A DNA stretch of 64,000 nucleotides from Thermodesulfobacteriota bacterium (GTDB lineage: Bacteria; Desulfobacterota_D; UBA1144; Nemesobacterales; UBA2774), in NCBI GenBank assembly GCA_965223335.1, contig OZ244991.1:576001-640000 (forward strand), read 5' to 3'. The first letter of the stretch is position 1. Every line of letters starts with the position of its first letter. The translations under genes and the position numbers were made by a program. The notes under the pieces were generated by a model. It made no database searches and was not told the origin of the DNA. It saw only the letters and a program-made list of their open reading frames with translations. Below are positions 45,523-55,785 of the stretch, one piece after another.

Positions 45523-46275
45523 ATGCCTGAGTATATCGAGCTATTGATACTATTTGGAGTCGGGCTGCTTGCAGGCTTGTTAAATGTACTCGCAGGGGGG
45601 GGCTCAAGTATTACACTTCCCGTGCTTATATTTCTCGGCCTCGACGGCAGTGTAGCGAACGGTACCAACAGAGTAGCTATACTCTTGCAAAACATCTTTG
45701 CCACAGCCTCATATCATAAACAGAAAGTCACTCGGCTCCGTATGAGTATGACACTCGCCACACTTACACTGCCGGGAGCAATCATTGGGGCACTCGCAGC
45801 TACTCGGATCTCAAATGAGTGGTTCGAGAGAATTTTAGGAGTTGTACTGATCGCCATAATCATTTCCATGTTTTTACCGCAGAACAAATTCTCTGGCGAC
45901 ACACTTAGCGAAGAAGGCGATAAAAACTGGTTGGTCTACCCCGCTATGTTTGCAATAGGGTTTTATGGGGGGTTCATACAGGTAGGTGTAGGGTTTCTTA
46001 TCATGGCCGCACTCTATCACCTGCTTAAAATGAACCTTGTATTCGTTAACATACACAAGGTTTTTATCATTCTCTTGTACACCATCCCTGCACTGTTGAT
46101 ATTCATTTTTACCGGTAATGTGGACTGGAAATTCGGTTTGTCACTGGCAGCAGGCAACGCATTGGGGGGCTACGGGGCGGCTCACCTTTCGCTAAAACAC
46201 GGTGTGGAGTTCATACGATACGCTTTGATTATCGCAATACTAGTCATGGCAGCTAAGCTGCTAGGGCTATTCTGA
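45523..46275 (+). CDS. TauE/SafE (DUF81) membrane protein
   Basis: AGGGS, ANGTNR, GFYGGFIQVGVG two-repeat pattern. Confidence 0.88.
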   Translation: MPEYIELLILFGVGLLAGLLNVLAGGGSSITLPVLIFLGLDGSVANGTNRVAILLQNIFATASYHKQKVTRLRMSMTLATLTLPGAIIGALAATRISNEWFERILGVVLIAIIISMFLPQNKFSGDTLSEEGDKNWLVYPAMFAIGFYGGFIQVGVGFLIMAALYHLLKMNLVFVNIHKVFIILLYTIPALLIFIFTGNVDWKFGLSLAAGNALGGYGAAHLSLKHGVEFIRYALIIAILVMAAKLLGLF

Positions 46276-46325
46276 TGCTACTTAAGGATTAATATGCAAT
46301 AAAATAATTTGGGGAGGCTATAGAT

Positions 46326-46925
46326 ATGAAGTTGCCAGAGCTCATCAAATCTATAGAGGATAAGAGCAGAGAGAGACCCTATATCATCGCACTAGAGGGA
46401 ATAATCGGTAGCGGTAAGAGTTATGAGGCAGACAAGATCACACATGAGCTCAGGGGTAACAACCTCAATATCAGCACCGATCTATTTGTAACTGTCGCAC
46501 GACACGAGTGGACTGAGAGACTTGGCAAACCCAATTTGGACCTAAGAGAGTGGTACGACCTCGAGAAGATTCGTAGAGCTTTGCAATCAATTAAAAACAG
46601 AGAGGCTTTCACTATTTATGGACTTTACAATGTATCAGATGGTGAATTCGATGATGAATGCGATGTGGATGCGAGAGTTTGCAACTATGCGATCTTGGAA
46701 GGTCTCTTCTCTTGCGATGAATATCTAGACGGACTAGTCGACATAAAAGTGTTTTTAGATGTATCTCTGGAAACCGCTATGAAACGTGCCGAACATAGGG
46801 ATGAAACCGTACGCCATATGGACCGTCACGGTTGGGAACTAAAGAAAAATATTTTTTATGACCACTACCTACCTTACCTGGAGTCACATAGAACAAGGGC
46901 AGATGTGATCCTAGAGGTCGAATAA
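46326..46925 (+). CDS. P-loop kinase, uridine kinase/phosphoribulokinase-like
   Basis: GIIGSGKS Walker A, ILEGLF, DIKVFLDV, RD, RADVI; GGAGG SD. Confidence 0.75.
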   Translation: MKLPELIKSIEDKSRERPYIIALEGIIGSGKSYEADKITHELRGNNLNISTDLFVTVARHEWTERLGKPNLDLREWYDLEKIRRALQSIKNREAFTIYGLYNVSDGEFDDECDVDARVCNYAILEGLFSCDEYLDGLVDIKVFLDVSLETAMKRAEHRDETVRHMDRHGWELKKNIFYDHYLPYLESHRTRADVILEVE

Positions 46926-46967
46926 TTTTTCATTTCATATACTTTGAAAACAACTTGGGCTCTGTAA

Positions 46968-47756
46968 TTATGTGTGCTCGTGGTCATGGCCGTGTGCGTG
47001 ACCCAGATACACTGCTAATGCGCCACCTTCCACAAAAATGGTCTGACCTGTGATATATTCCGCATCATCTGATGCAAACATGATAGCGGGTGGCACCATC
47101 TCTTCTGGCCTTGCCAACCGCCCTTCGGGGATACCCTCTGCCTGCCAGTCTCTGTACTTGGTATCCTTGGATGCAGACATTGGAGTCACAGTCGAACCAG
47201 GGCCTATACAGTTAACAGTGATGCGATGACTGGCCAAGTCTGCCCCAAGCACACGCGTCATATGTATAACACCTGCTTTTGCGACGTGATAAGCAAGTGA
47301 TACCGGGTGAAAATCCATCACACCCGCGACCGAGCCTATGTTTATAATCCTGCCTCCATGTCCCTGCTCGACCATCTGTTTTGCCACAGTCTGAGTCAGG
47401 AAAAACAGGCCTTTAAGGCTTATATCCATTATCTTGTCCCAGCTCTCTGGGGTCACCTCGAATATATCCTCTCGCCTAGAATACCCGGCATCATTTATCA
47501 AAATATCGACCTTGCCATATTCGTCGAGAGTTTTCTGTAAAAGGTGTTTGTGGTCGTTCAGGTTAGATACGTCCATTGTATCATATATGGCCGAACCCCC
47601 AGCCGAGTTGATCTCGTCTGCTACCTCTATGCATTTATCCTCATGCAGAGCGGCTATAACTACCTTTGCCCCTTCCTTCGCAAATCCCAGTGTTATGGCC
47701 TTGCCGATCCCAGATGACCCGCCTGTGATGATTGCAACCTTATCCTTAAGCCTCAT
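46968..47756 (-). CDS. SDR-family oxidoreductase with His-rich C-terminus
   Basis: TGGSSGIG, NDAG, YHVAK, VNCIGPG; tail GHAHGHDHEHT. Confidence 0.9.
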   Translation of the reverse strand: MRLKDKVAIITGGSSGIGKAITLGFAKEGAKVVIAALHEDKCIEVADEINSAGGSAIYDTMDVSNLNDHKHLLQKTLDEYGKVDILINDAGYSRREDIFEVTPESWDKIMDISLKGLFFLTQTVAKQMVEQGHGGRIINIGSVAGVMDFHPVSLAYHVAKAGVIHMTRVLGADLASHRITVNCIGPGSTVTPMSASKDTKYRDWQAEGIPEGRLARPEEMVPPAIMFASDDAEYITGQTIFVEGGALAVYLGHAHGHDHEHT

Positions 47757-47930
47757 ATATCTACCCCCGATCGATTAGGCTCTGGCTGAGACAACCGCCT
47801 TATTCAACTAACTTGCATATACTAACACAAACCCGTTAGCTTTAGCCAATCGGCTCTTAACAATAGATATTCTCCCTAAGCCGGATATATTATTACAAAC
47901 AGCAGTTACATAGTTCAAAGGATATATTGA

Positions 47931-48878
47931 ATGCGAGTAATAGTTGCGAAACCCAGGGGGTTTTGCGCCGGGGTAGACAGAGCGATAGAGATTGTGGAGA
48001 AGGCGCTTGAGATGTACGGCCCTCCTATCTACGTCCGTCATGCCATCGTACACAACAAACGTGTTGTCGAGTCGCTCAAGCAAAAGGGTGTGAAGTTTGT
48101 TGAGGACCTGGAGGAGATAGACGATAAAGGGGCAAAAGTTATTTTCAGTGCACATGGGGTTAGCCCTGTGGTCTGGGAGGACGCTAAACACAAAAGGCTA
48201 GAGGTCGTGGATGCTGTGTGCCCGCTTGTTACAAAGGTACATAGCGAGGTCAAACACTATGCCGATCTCGGCTACACCATCATTCTAATAGGACACCGTA
48301 ACCACGTAGAGGTAATAGGAACCAGTGGCGAAGCCCCAGATAAGGTAGTCGTTGTTGAATCGGTCGAGGAGGCCACAGAAATCATTGTGCCGGACCCTGA
48401 TAAGGTAGCATATGTATCGCAGACCACACTAAGCGTCGATGACACCCGCGAGATAGTAGACACACTTAAAAATAGGTTCCCCAATATCATAAGCCCTTCC
48501 AAACTCGATATATGCTATGCGACCCAAAACCGCCAGGACGCCGTTAAAGCCCTTGCTAAAGAAAGCGATATGATATTCATAATGGGTTCGCCCGAGAGCT
48601 CAAACTCGAACCGTCTCGTAGAGGTAGCCAAAGCAAGCGGTGTTTCCGAGGCATACTTAATTGAGGGAGCGGACAACCTGGATCAAGAGATGTTTAGTGA
48701 CGATATGGTAATAGGGCTTAGCTCCGGTGCTTCTACCCCCGAGACAGTAGTGCTCGAGGTAATTACTAAGCTAAGAGAATTTGGGGCCGATAGCGTAGAG
48801 GAGCTGGACGGCAAGGAAGAACACACTCGCTTCCCCTTCCCTGAGACGTTGGCGTTCACCACCCCTAACCAACCCTAA
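47931..48878 (+). CDS. ispH: 4-hydroxy-3-methylbut-2-enyl diphosphate reductase
   Basis: RGFCAGV, IVHN, AHG, CPLVTKVH, QTTL, ICYATQNRQ, SSNS, GASTP. Confidence 0.97.
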   Translation: MRVIVAKPRGFCAGVDRAIEIVEKALEMYGPPIYVRHAIVHNKRVVESLKQKGVKFVEDLEEIDDKGAKVIFSAHGVSPVVWEDAKHKRLEVVDAVCPLVTKVHSEVKHYADLGYTIILIGHRNHVEVIGTSGEAPDKVVVVESVEEATEIIVPDPDKVAYVSQTTLSVDDTREIVDTLKNRFPNIISPSKLDICYATQNRQDAVKALAKESDMIFIMGSPESSNSNRLVEVAKASGVSEAYLIEGADNLDQEMFSDDMVIGLSSGASTPETVVLEVITKLREFGADSVEELDGKEEHTRFPFPETLAFTTPNQP

Positions 48879-48879
48879 A

Positions 48880-49653
48880 TTACTTCACTGGTACATCGCT
48901 CAAGGAACGATAATGCTCCCTGGCATATTCATAGCTAGCTAGAGTGCCTATATCAAGCACATCTCCCACCACCCTAAATGCATAAAAATCAGCTTCAGCA
49001 ACCAGGTGGGAGACCATGTGCCCGATCTCGTCCTTATTTTGGTTTTGGCCGCAATATTCGAGCGCTAGATCAAACGTGTCTGAACTCAAGAAATAGAACG
49101 CGGGGCATTTCCAATTAGATGGGGGATTAGACGGTTTTTCATGGAAACCTAGAACACGGTCATCGGAATCAAGCTCTAGCACTCCCGTCCTGTTAAGCAA
49201 TATCGGATCGGTCTCCTCGACTGCAAATAAATAATTACGACCAGTCGTCTCAAACTTTTGATAATATGGCTTAATTGAGAAACTGAAAATGTTATCACAA
49301 GCTGCAACTATTAGACCCGAACCGGTATAACTCTCTTTAAACTCATTGGATTCTAATGCGAATCGCAAATCACCTACAGCACCGAGCCTCTTATCATAGG
49401 AACTAACCCCGTCATTTAGAATATGAATATTGAATCCTCTATCTCGCCACTGTGTGCTCCATAAGTCCATCTGATTTATGAATTTTCCATTAGATACTAC
49501 GTAAATAGATTCCAACGAATCAAAATCCACTAGTTGCTCAACCAGATGATTGATTACCGGTCTACTCGCGATCGGCAACAACGGTTTAGGTTGATTTTCT
49601 GTGAGGGGATACATCCTTGTAGCAAACCCGGCCGCGAGCAAAACAGCTATCAT
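48880..49653 (-). CDS. Sugar-1-phosphate nucleotidyltransferase
   Basis: LAAGFATRMYPLT..PKPLL, DN, HEKP, DIGT; ATGA overlap with upstream kinase. Confidence 0.88.
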   Translation of the reverse strand: MIAVLLAAGFATRMYPLTENQPKPLLPIASRPVINHLVEQLVDFDSLESIYVVSNGKFINQMDLWSTQWRDRGFNIHILNDGVSSYDKRLGAVGDLRFALESNEFKESYTGSGLIVAACDNIFSFSIKPYYQKFETTGRNYLFAVEETDPILLNRTGVLELDSDDRVLGFHEKPSNPPSNWKCPAFYFLSSDTFDLALEYCGQNQNKDEIGHMVSHLVAEADFYAFRVVGDVLDIGTLASYEYAREHYRSLSDVPVK

Positions 49654-50849
49654 ATAAACCGTACCCCGTCGTCCGAAACAGCGAAATATACGGCTGCATC
49701 ACCCTCGTATTCAGGGAATTTTCGTACATAACTCTCCAGAATCGAAGACGCGTCACTATCCGAAAAATCAGGATGAACCAACGCCACTACAGAGCCCCCG
49801 TAACCACCACCGCTAAACCTGCTGCCATAAACGAGGTCGTGCTCAGACATTAATTTATGAATAGAACTTAGCTCCTCGGACCCTGCCTCGTAATCATCCA
49901 GCGAGCTTCTGCAAGACTCGTTCATGAGTCTACCAAAACCCTCATAATCGCCACAGTCCCAAGCCCCGAGTCCAAGCCCTACTCTCTTTACCTCCGTAAA
50001 AAAGTGCCTTGCACGCCTCAGTAACAGGTCCGGCAGTCTCTTGGAATTTTGCTCGAAAACCTCGTGCGGTATATCCGCAAGTTTTTCAGGTGACTCAACT
50101 CTACCCATCATCCCCAAGAGCATCGCGGCCTCCTTACACTCTTTAACCCTCGCATTGAACCCCGAAGATGTGAGCTCCCTCTTTGTACCCGAGTATAGGA
50201 TAAGGATTTTATAGTCGTTCCCCCTGTCCCGGGCCGGATGACTCTCGACCTCACCCGAGATAGTGTCGATATGGAGGAGGCTATCCTTCCTTCCATATGC
50301 TATAGATGACTGGTCCAAAATGCCGTTTTGAAGCCCCAGATAGTCATTTTCAATTCTCCTATCCAGCTCCACATACTCTGATGGAGAGAGCTCGAGTCCG
50401 TTTACACCTGCCAAAGCCCAGAGACTGCATATACCGAGTGAAGCTGAGGAGCTAAGCCCGCTTGCGGGCAGGTCCCCTCTCACAACCCCCACAAAACCGT
50501 TTTTTAGTTCTGTGTGTTCCAATAGAATTGCTGCCCCGCCCCTTATGTAGCGGCCCCAATCATCCCTGCCAGTGCGTTTGATGTTATCTAGATTGAACTC
50601 CGTTATTCCCGGATAATTCATGCTGTATAAACGTATGCGCGGCTCGGGCACAGAGAAATAAGCCATGACGGTAGCAGCATCAATGGTCATGCCCAGAACC
50701 GGGCCACCTTGGTGATCTATATGTGCGCCAAGCGGGGAGATTCGGTAAGGGGATACAATAAAGCTTAGTCGAGAGTTATCTATCCTCTCACGTTTAGAGA
50801 GGTGATTCTTTAACTCCTCTATCTTAATGTCTATGGGCTTGAATCTCAT
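49650..50849 (-). CDS. GHMP sugar-1-kinase, galacturonokinase-like
   Basis: PYRISPLGAHIDHQGG, SGLSSSA, GILDQ, RARHF, GSRFSGGGYGG. Confidence 0.8.
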   Translation of the reverse strand: MRFKPIDIKIEELKNHLSKRERIDNSRLSFIVSPYRISPLGAHIDHQGGPVLGMTIDAATVMAYFSVPEPRIRLYSMNYPGITEFNLDNIKRTGRDDWGRYIRGGAAILLEHTELKNGFVGVVRGDLPASGLSSSASLGICSLWALAGVNGLELSPSEYVELDRRIENDYLGLQNGILDQSSIAYGRKDSLLHIDTISGEVESHPARDRGNDYKILILYSGTKRELTSSGFNARVKECKEAAMLLGMMGRVESPEKLADIPHEVFEQNSKRLPDLLLRRARHFFTEVKRVGLGLGAWDCGDYEGFGRLMNESCRSSLDDYEAGSEELSSIHKLMSEHDLVYGSRFSGGGYGGSVVALVHPDFSDSDASSILESYVRKFPEYEGDAAVYFAVSDDGVRFI

Positions 50850-50887
50850 TTCGGACTCTATCGATGATTAAAGCCTAATGCCAGACT

Positions 50888-52960
50888 TTATTTCGGCTCA
50901 CGACTAAAACTTGAAAGCTCGGACTGTAGTTCATAGAGGTTATGGTATATCCCCTGCTTTGCCAGTAGTTCTTGATGTGTACCGTGCTCGGCGATCTCGC
51001 CTTCATGTATTACATAAATCTTGTCTGCATTCCTCACGTTTGATAGCCTGTGTGCAATTATTAGAGTGGTTCTGTCTCTGCCCTCATTCGCGATCGCTTT
51101 TTGTACCTTGCTCTCTATCTCGGCATCTATATGCGAGGTTGCCTCGTCTAGAATCAGGAGCTCAGCTTGTTTGGAAAACGCATGACCCAGAGATACAATC
51201 TGTTTTTCACCCGATGACAGCGAGGTACCGTTTTGATCTTTCATTTCCGAGAGTCGGGTGTTGGTAACAAGTTCGACATTCTTCGTATTCTCACCATCAT
51301 CCAATTCTTTAGCAAATAAAAAAACGTCTTGAAACACAGCCGATACATGTGCCCTTAGGTTGCGCGGGTCGTATTCCCTGATGTTTACACCACCCAGTAG
51401 TATCTCACCCCGATCGATGTCATAGAACCTCAATATCAGATTTACAATTGTAGTTTTCCCCGACCCGGTAAGCCCCACCAATGCGACAGTCTCGCCCGGC
51501 TCTATCTTAAACGATAGATCCTTAAGCACCCATTCCTCTTTGTCGTATGAAAACCATACGTTTTTGAACTCAAGCCCCACGCCTATACCCTCGACGTCGG
51601 CCCCCTCCCTTTGCTCAGGCTCCACATGATAGAGCTCGTACAGGTTCTCGGACGCCGCAGTTGCGGACTGAAATATATTATATCTCTCTGCGAGTTCTTG
51701 TATCGGCCTAAACAGCATCCTCACGTAGTATAGGTAGGCAATGAGTGCACCCAGTGTTAACTCGAACCGTGTTACGAGCAGCCCTCCGTACCAGAGGATA
51801 AAAGCCACAGCAAAAATACTCGTGAACTCAATAAAGGGTCTAAAGGTCGCATAGACCCATAGCTGGTCCATATTGGCTTTGAAGTTCTCGCTGTTCACGT
51901 TCTTAAATTTTTCGAAGTTCTCCATCTCGCGCTTATAGAGCTTAATAAGCACGATCCCACGGATACTCTCCTGTACAAATGCGTTTAGCTTGGCAATCGA
52001 AATCCTAACCCTTCTGTACACAGACTTAAGTTTCATCCTAAAGAGCCCGGCGAAAAAGCCCATTAGTATCGTGAGCAAGAATATAAAAATCGTGAGCTTT
52101 CTGTTCATATAGAACATCACAGCCAACACACCTATCACAACCAGAATGTCCTTACAGAACTGCACCATCACAGACGTGTACATCTCGTTTATCGCGTTGA
52201 CGTCGTTCGTAACCCTGGTCGTCAACCTCCCGACCGGGTTTTTGTCGAAATAGTCCTGGGGCAGCGACAGTGTGTGAGCATAGACCCGAGTACGGATCCT
52301 ATGCATGATGTTATGGCCAGAGTAGTTGAGCAGATAAGTGTAGAGAGTGCTGAAAACAAAAACACCCAATAGGGCACAAAATAGATATAAGGCAAGTACT
52401 TTAACCCTATCTAACTGCTCAGCTCTAAGTACTCGTATATCGCTGGGGGACAGTGTCTCCATCTCGCTGTGGCTAATGTAGTGACTCTCGCCTATAGGAT
52501 CGAACAAGGCGGGATGCTCTCTGATGATTGCCTTGATTGCCGTTTTGCGCTCGCCAGTATAAGCGGAGGGATTCACAACCAGATATCTTTGATCTTCTAC
52601 CTTATTGGTTTTTTCTATGTTGTTTCTATCGACGCTGCTTAACTCCGAAAGGTCAATCAGGTACTTGCCTCCTCCCATACTAAGGACCAGTCCCGGGTAT
52701 CGAGCATTGATATCGCTTGATATCTCCTTCCCCTTGGCATCATCGTCAAACTCTACAACCCTCCAGGACGGATAGATGTATTTGTCTACCGCGATCTTGG
52801 TTATGTAGGGAACTAGCAGCTCAAGCCCTGCTGTGGCAATCATAAAGAGAAGTGATAGGGCGAGCAACACCCTCCAAGGACGTGCGAACTCAAAGAGCCA
52901 CTTTATTATCTTGATATCGTATGTTTTTTTATCAGGATTTTGTTCCGGATTAGTCATCAC
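50888..52960 (-). CDS. Type IV ABC exporter half-transporter (TMD-NBD)
   Basis: GRLTTRVTND, GLTGSGKT, LSSGEKQ, LILDEATS, IAHRLS. Confidence 0.9.
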   Translation of the reverse strand: MMTNPEQNPDKKTYDIKIIKWLFEFARPWRVLLALSLLFMIATAGLELLVPYITKIAVDKYIYPSWRVVEFDDDAKGKEISSDINARYPGLVLSMGGGKYLIDLSELSSVDRNNIEKTNKVEDQRYLVVNPSAYTGERKTAIKAIIREHPALFDPIGESHYISHSEMETLSPSDIRVLRAEQLDRVKVLALYLFCALLGVFVFSTLYTYLLNYSGHNIMHRIRTRVYAHTLSLPQDYFDKNPVGRLTTRVTNDVNAINEMYTSVMVQFCKDILVVIGVLAVMFYMNRKLTIFIFLLTILMGFFAGLFRMKLKSVYRRVRISIAKLNAFVQESIRGIVLIKLYKREMENFEKFKNVNSENFKANMDQLWVYATFRPFIEFTSIFAVAFILWYGGLLVTRFELTLGALIAYLYYVRMLFRPIQELAERYNIFQSATAASENLYELYHVEPEQREGADVEGIGVGLEFKNVWFSYDKEEWVLKDLSFKIEPGETVALVGLTGSGKTTIVNLILRFYDIDRGEILLGGVNIREYDPRNLRAHVSAVFQDVFLFAKELDDGENTKNVELVTNTRLSEMKDQNGTSLSSGEKQIVSLGHAFSKQAELLILDEATSHIDAEIESKVQKAIANEGRDRTTLIIAHRLSNVRNADKIYVIHEGEIAEHGTHQELLAKQGIYHNLYELQSELSSFSREPK

Positions 52961-53058
52961 TAACTGCTACCAAAATAGTGTTTAGTCCAATTATATAATT
53001 ATACACTGGCTCATACGGATTACTCGTGCCACCCTGCTACAAGGTCCGTGCATACCGG

Positions 53059-55785
53059 TCATAAAACTTTCTTTAGATACTTGCCGGTGTGGGATTTTCT
53101 AACTTTAGTTATTTGTTCGGGAGTACCTGTGGCCACCACAAATCCACCTGCCTTCCCGCCCTCGGGTCCGAGGTCCACTACATGGTCAGCCGATTTAATC
53201 ACATCCAGGTTATGCTCTACAACCAAAACGGTGTTACCTGCATAAACAAGTTTATTGAGCACCGAAAGCAACTTCTTTACATCTTCGGCATGAAGCCCTA
53301 CTGTAGGTTCATCGAGTATATACAGGATGTCCTTACCACCCTTGCGCCCAAGCTCCCTCGCAATCTTTATCCTCTGTGCCTCGCCCCCCGAGAGCGTTGG
53401 GGCAGGTTGACCGAGCCTAAGATATCCAAGCCCCACGTCCTGTAGAATTTTAAGCTTTCTCCCAATCGGCGGGTGCTCGTAAAAGAAATTAATTGCCTCG
53501 TCTACAGTAAGGTCGAGGATCTGATTGATGTTCTTTCCCCTATAGGTCACCGCCAACACATCGTCTGTGAACCTTTTACCGTTACAGCTGTCGCAGGTGA
53601 CGTAAACGTCGGCAAGAAAGTGCATCTCTATCATGAGTCTGCCCTCGCCCTTGCATGACTCGCACCTGCCCCCTGGAACATTAAATGAAAAATGTGATGG
53701 GGTTAACCCCTTGGACCTGGCCGACCAGCTCTGGGCCATGAGCTTTCGGATCTCATCAAAGCACTTTATGTATGTGATGGGGTTTGATCTCAGGTTCTTG
53801 CCGATCGGAGACTGATCCAGCATCAGTACATCTGCAAGGTATTGGTCCCCCGTTATCTCCTTGTACGAGCCGACCCTCTCGATGTCTCCACGGAACTTCC
53901 TTGCCAGCGCTGAATAGAGCACATCACTCACAAGCGAGCTCTTGCCCGACCCCGAGACCCCCGTGACGCATGTAAATACCTTAAGGGGGATAGGCACATC
54001 TATATTTTTTAGGTTATTTTCAGAAGCCCCCGCAATCTTTAGCTCGTGTCCCGAGCCGCTTCTCCTCTTAGTAGGTACAGGGATCTTATCCTTCCCATTT
54101 ATATAGTCCTTTGTAAGCGAGCTGTTTTTGCGGCCCAAAAACCCTTTCATCTCGCCCTGATACACGACCTCTCCCCCAGCCTCACCGGCTAGCGGCCCAA
54201 GTTCCACGATATGGTCGGCCGAGGATATCATCTCGTGGTCGTGCTCTACTACAACCACAGTGTTGTCCCTATCACGAAGCTCCTTTATGATAGAGACCAA
54301 CTTCGAGATATCTCGCGGGTGGAGTCCGATCGAGGGTTCGTCCATTATGTACAGGGTTTCAGTCAGTGTCGAGCCTAGCTGACAGGCTAGATTTACCCTC
54401 TGCGATTCCCCGCCCGATAAACTACGTGTGAGTCTGGCAAGCTTTAGGTACCCGAGCCCCACCTTAACCAGGAAGTCCAATCTATGAACTATCTGCTTTA
54501 ATAGCTCTTCTGCTATACCGTATTCATAATCGGTTAGCTCTAGGTCCTCGAAAAATAGCTTTAAATCCTCTATAGAAAGCCCAGTCAGTTGAGAGATAGT
54601 CCGTCCACCGATAAATACGTAGTTTGCTAATGGCTTTAACCTGGTGCCCTCACAATCCGGGCAGTCAAAAGCCGACCTATACTTGCTTAGGAACACCCTA
54701 ACATGCATCTTATAGTTCTTTCTTTCAAGGTAATCAAAAAAGCCATTAATACCCCTGTGTACACCGTTCCCCTCGAATAGCAAGCCCTTCTCCTCCGCCG
54801 TAAGTTCACTGTATGGTTTGCGGGTATCGATCCCCGCCTCTTGGGCAAAGCTAAGGAATTTCCTCATTCGTCCTCGAAACGAGGGTTTTGTCATGGGCTC
54901 GATCGCACCGGCGCTAAGGCTCTTACGGTCGTCGGGCACAATAAGTGCTGGGTCGACCTGCAGTATATTGCCAAACCCCTTACATGTTTCGCAGGCCCCT
55001 TGTGGGCTATTGAACGAGAAAAGCTGCTGTGTGGGCTCTGCGAACTGAGTTTGGCAACTCGTACACTCAAGCTTTTCCGTAAAGGTCAGCGTGTCTCCAT
55101 CCACTATTCTGACATTTATATAATCGCTTTCTTCCAAAGCGAGCTCTACGGAATCTGCAATCCGCGACAGTGCACTCTTTTTTATTGCAATCCTGTCTAC
55201 AAGCACCTCTGCCCCTTTGGGAATCTCCTCGAGTTCCTCTAGGTCTATTACTTTGTCGTCCGAGTAGACTCTGGTAAAACCGATAGTCAACAGGTCGTGG
55301 GAGTTCAAGTGCTTGCCCTCCAGGCTAAATGTTATATATGCCCTCTGTCCATCATGGTTTTGAATGAGTTCTTTTGTAATAATCTCCGGGGTTTTGCGAT
55401 ATACCGGGATATTACAGTTGGGGCATATTATCCTGCCGATCTTAGAATAAAGCAGCCTTAAATAGTCGTATACCTCAGTAGTAGTGCCCACAGTGGAACG
55501 CGAGTTTCTGACGGGGTTTCTACTCTCGATAGCCACGGCGGGGGGCAAACCCGAGATATCGTCCATGTGCGGCCGGTCGACCTTCTCTAGAAACTGTCGT
55601 GCATATGTCGAGAGGCTCTCCACATAACGGCGGAGCCCCTCTGCATAAAGTGTGTCAAGTGCAAACGACGACTTGCCCGAGCCGCTTAACCCGGTCACCA
55701 CCGTATAGGTATGCCAAGGGATTTTTACGTCGATGTTCTTTAGATTATTTTCCTTGGCACCCTTTACTACTATTTCGCCTTTCAT
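53059..55785 (-). CDS. uvrA: Excinuclease ABC subunit A
   Basis: Two ABC cassettes (GLSGSGKS, GVSGSGKS), LSGGE twice, FSFN, Zn fingers. Confidence 0.93.
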   Translation of the reverse strand: MKGEIVVKGAKENNLKNIDVKIPWHTYTVVTGLSGSGKSSFALDTLYAEGLRRYVESLSTYARQFLEKVDRPHMDDISGLPPAVAIESRNPVRNSRSTVGTTTEVYDYLRLLYSKIGRIICPNCNIPVYRKTPEIITKELIQNHDGQRAYITFSLEGKHLNSHDLLTIGFTRVYSDDKVIDLEELEEIPKGAEVLVDRIAIKKSALSRIADSVELALEESDYINVRIVDGDTLTFTEKLECTSCQTQFAEPTQQLFSFNSPQGACETCKGFGNILQVDPALIVPDDRKSLSAGAIEPMTKPSFRGRMRKFLSFAQEAGIDTRKPYSELTAEEKGLLFEGNGVHRGINGFFDYLERKNYKMHVRVFLSKYRSAFDCPDCEGTRLKPLANYVFIGGRTISQLTGLSIEDLKLFFEDLELTDYEYGIAEELLKQIVHRLDFLVKVGLGYLKLARLTRSLSGGESQRVNLACQLGSTLTETLYIMDEPSIGLHPRDISKLVSIIKELRDRDNTVVVVEHDHEMISSADHIVELGPLAGEAGGEVVYQGEMKGFLGRKNSSLTKDYINGKDKIPVPTKRRSGSGHELKIAGASENNLKNIDVPIPLKVFTCVTGVSGSGKSSLVSDVLYSALARKFRGDIERVGSYKEITGDQYLADVLMLDQSPIGKNLRSNPITYIKCFDEIRKLMAQSWSARSKGLTPSHFSFNVPGGRCESCKGEGRLMIEMHFLADVYVTCDSCNGKRFTDDVLAVTYRGKNINQILDLTVDEAINFFYEHPPIGRKLKILQDVGLGYLRLGQPAPTLSGGEAQRIKIARELGRKGGKDILYILDEPTVGLHAEDVKKLLSVLNKLVYAGNTVLVVEHNLDVIKSADHVVDLGPEGGKAGGFVVATGTPEQITKVRKSHTGKYLKKVL

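Noticed and set aside
49650..50849. Calling the GHMP kinase galK
   Set aside because: It lacks the GRxNLIGEHxDY galactose-binding signature and has no Leloir neighbours.
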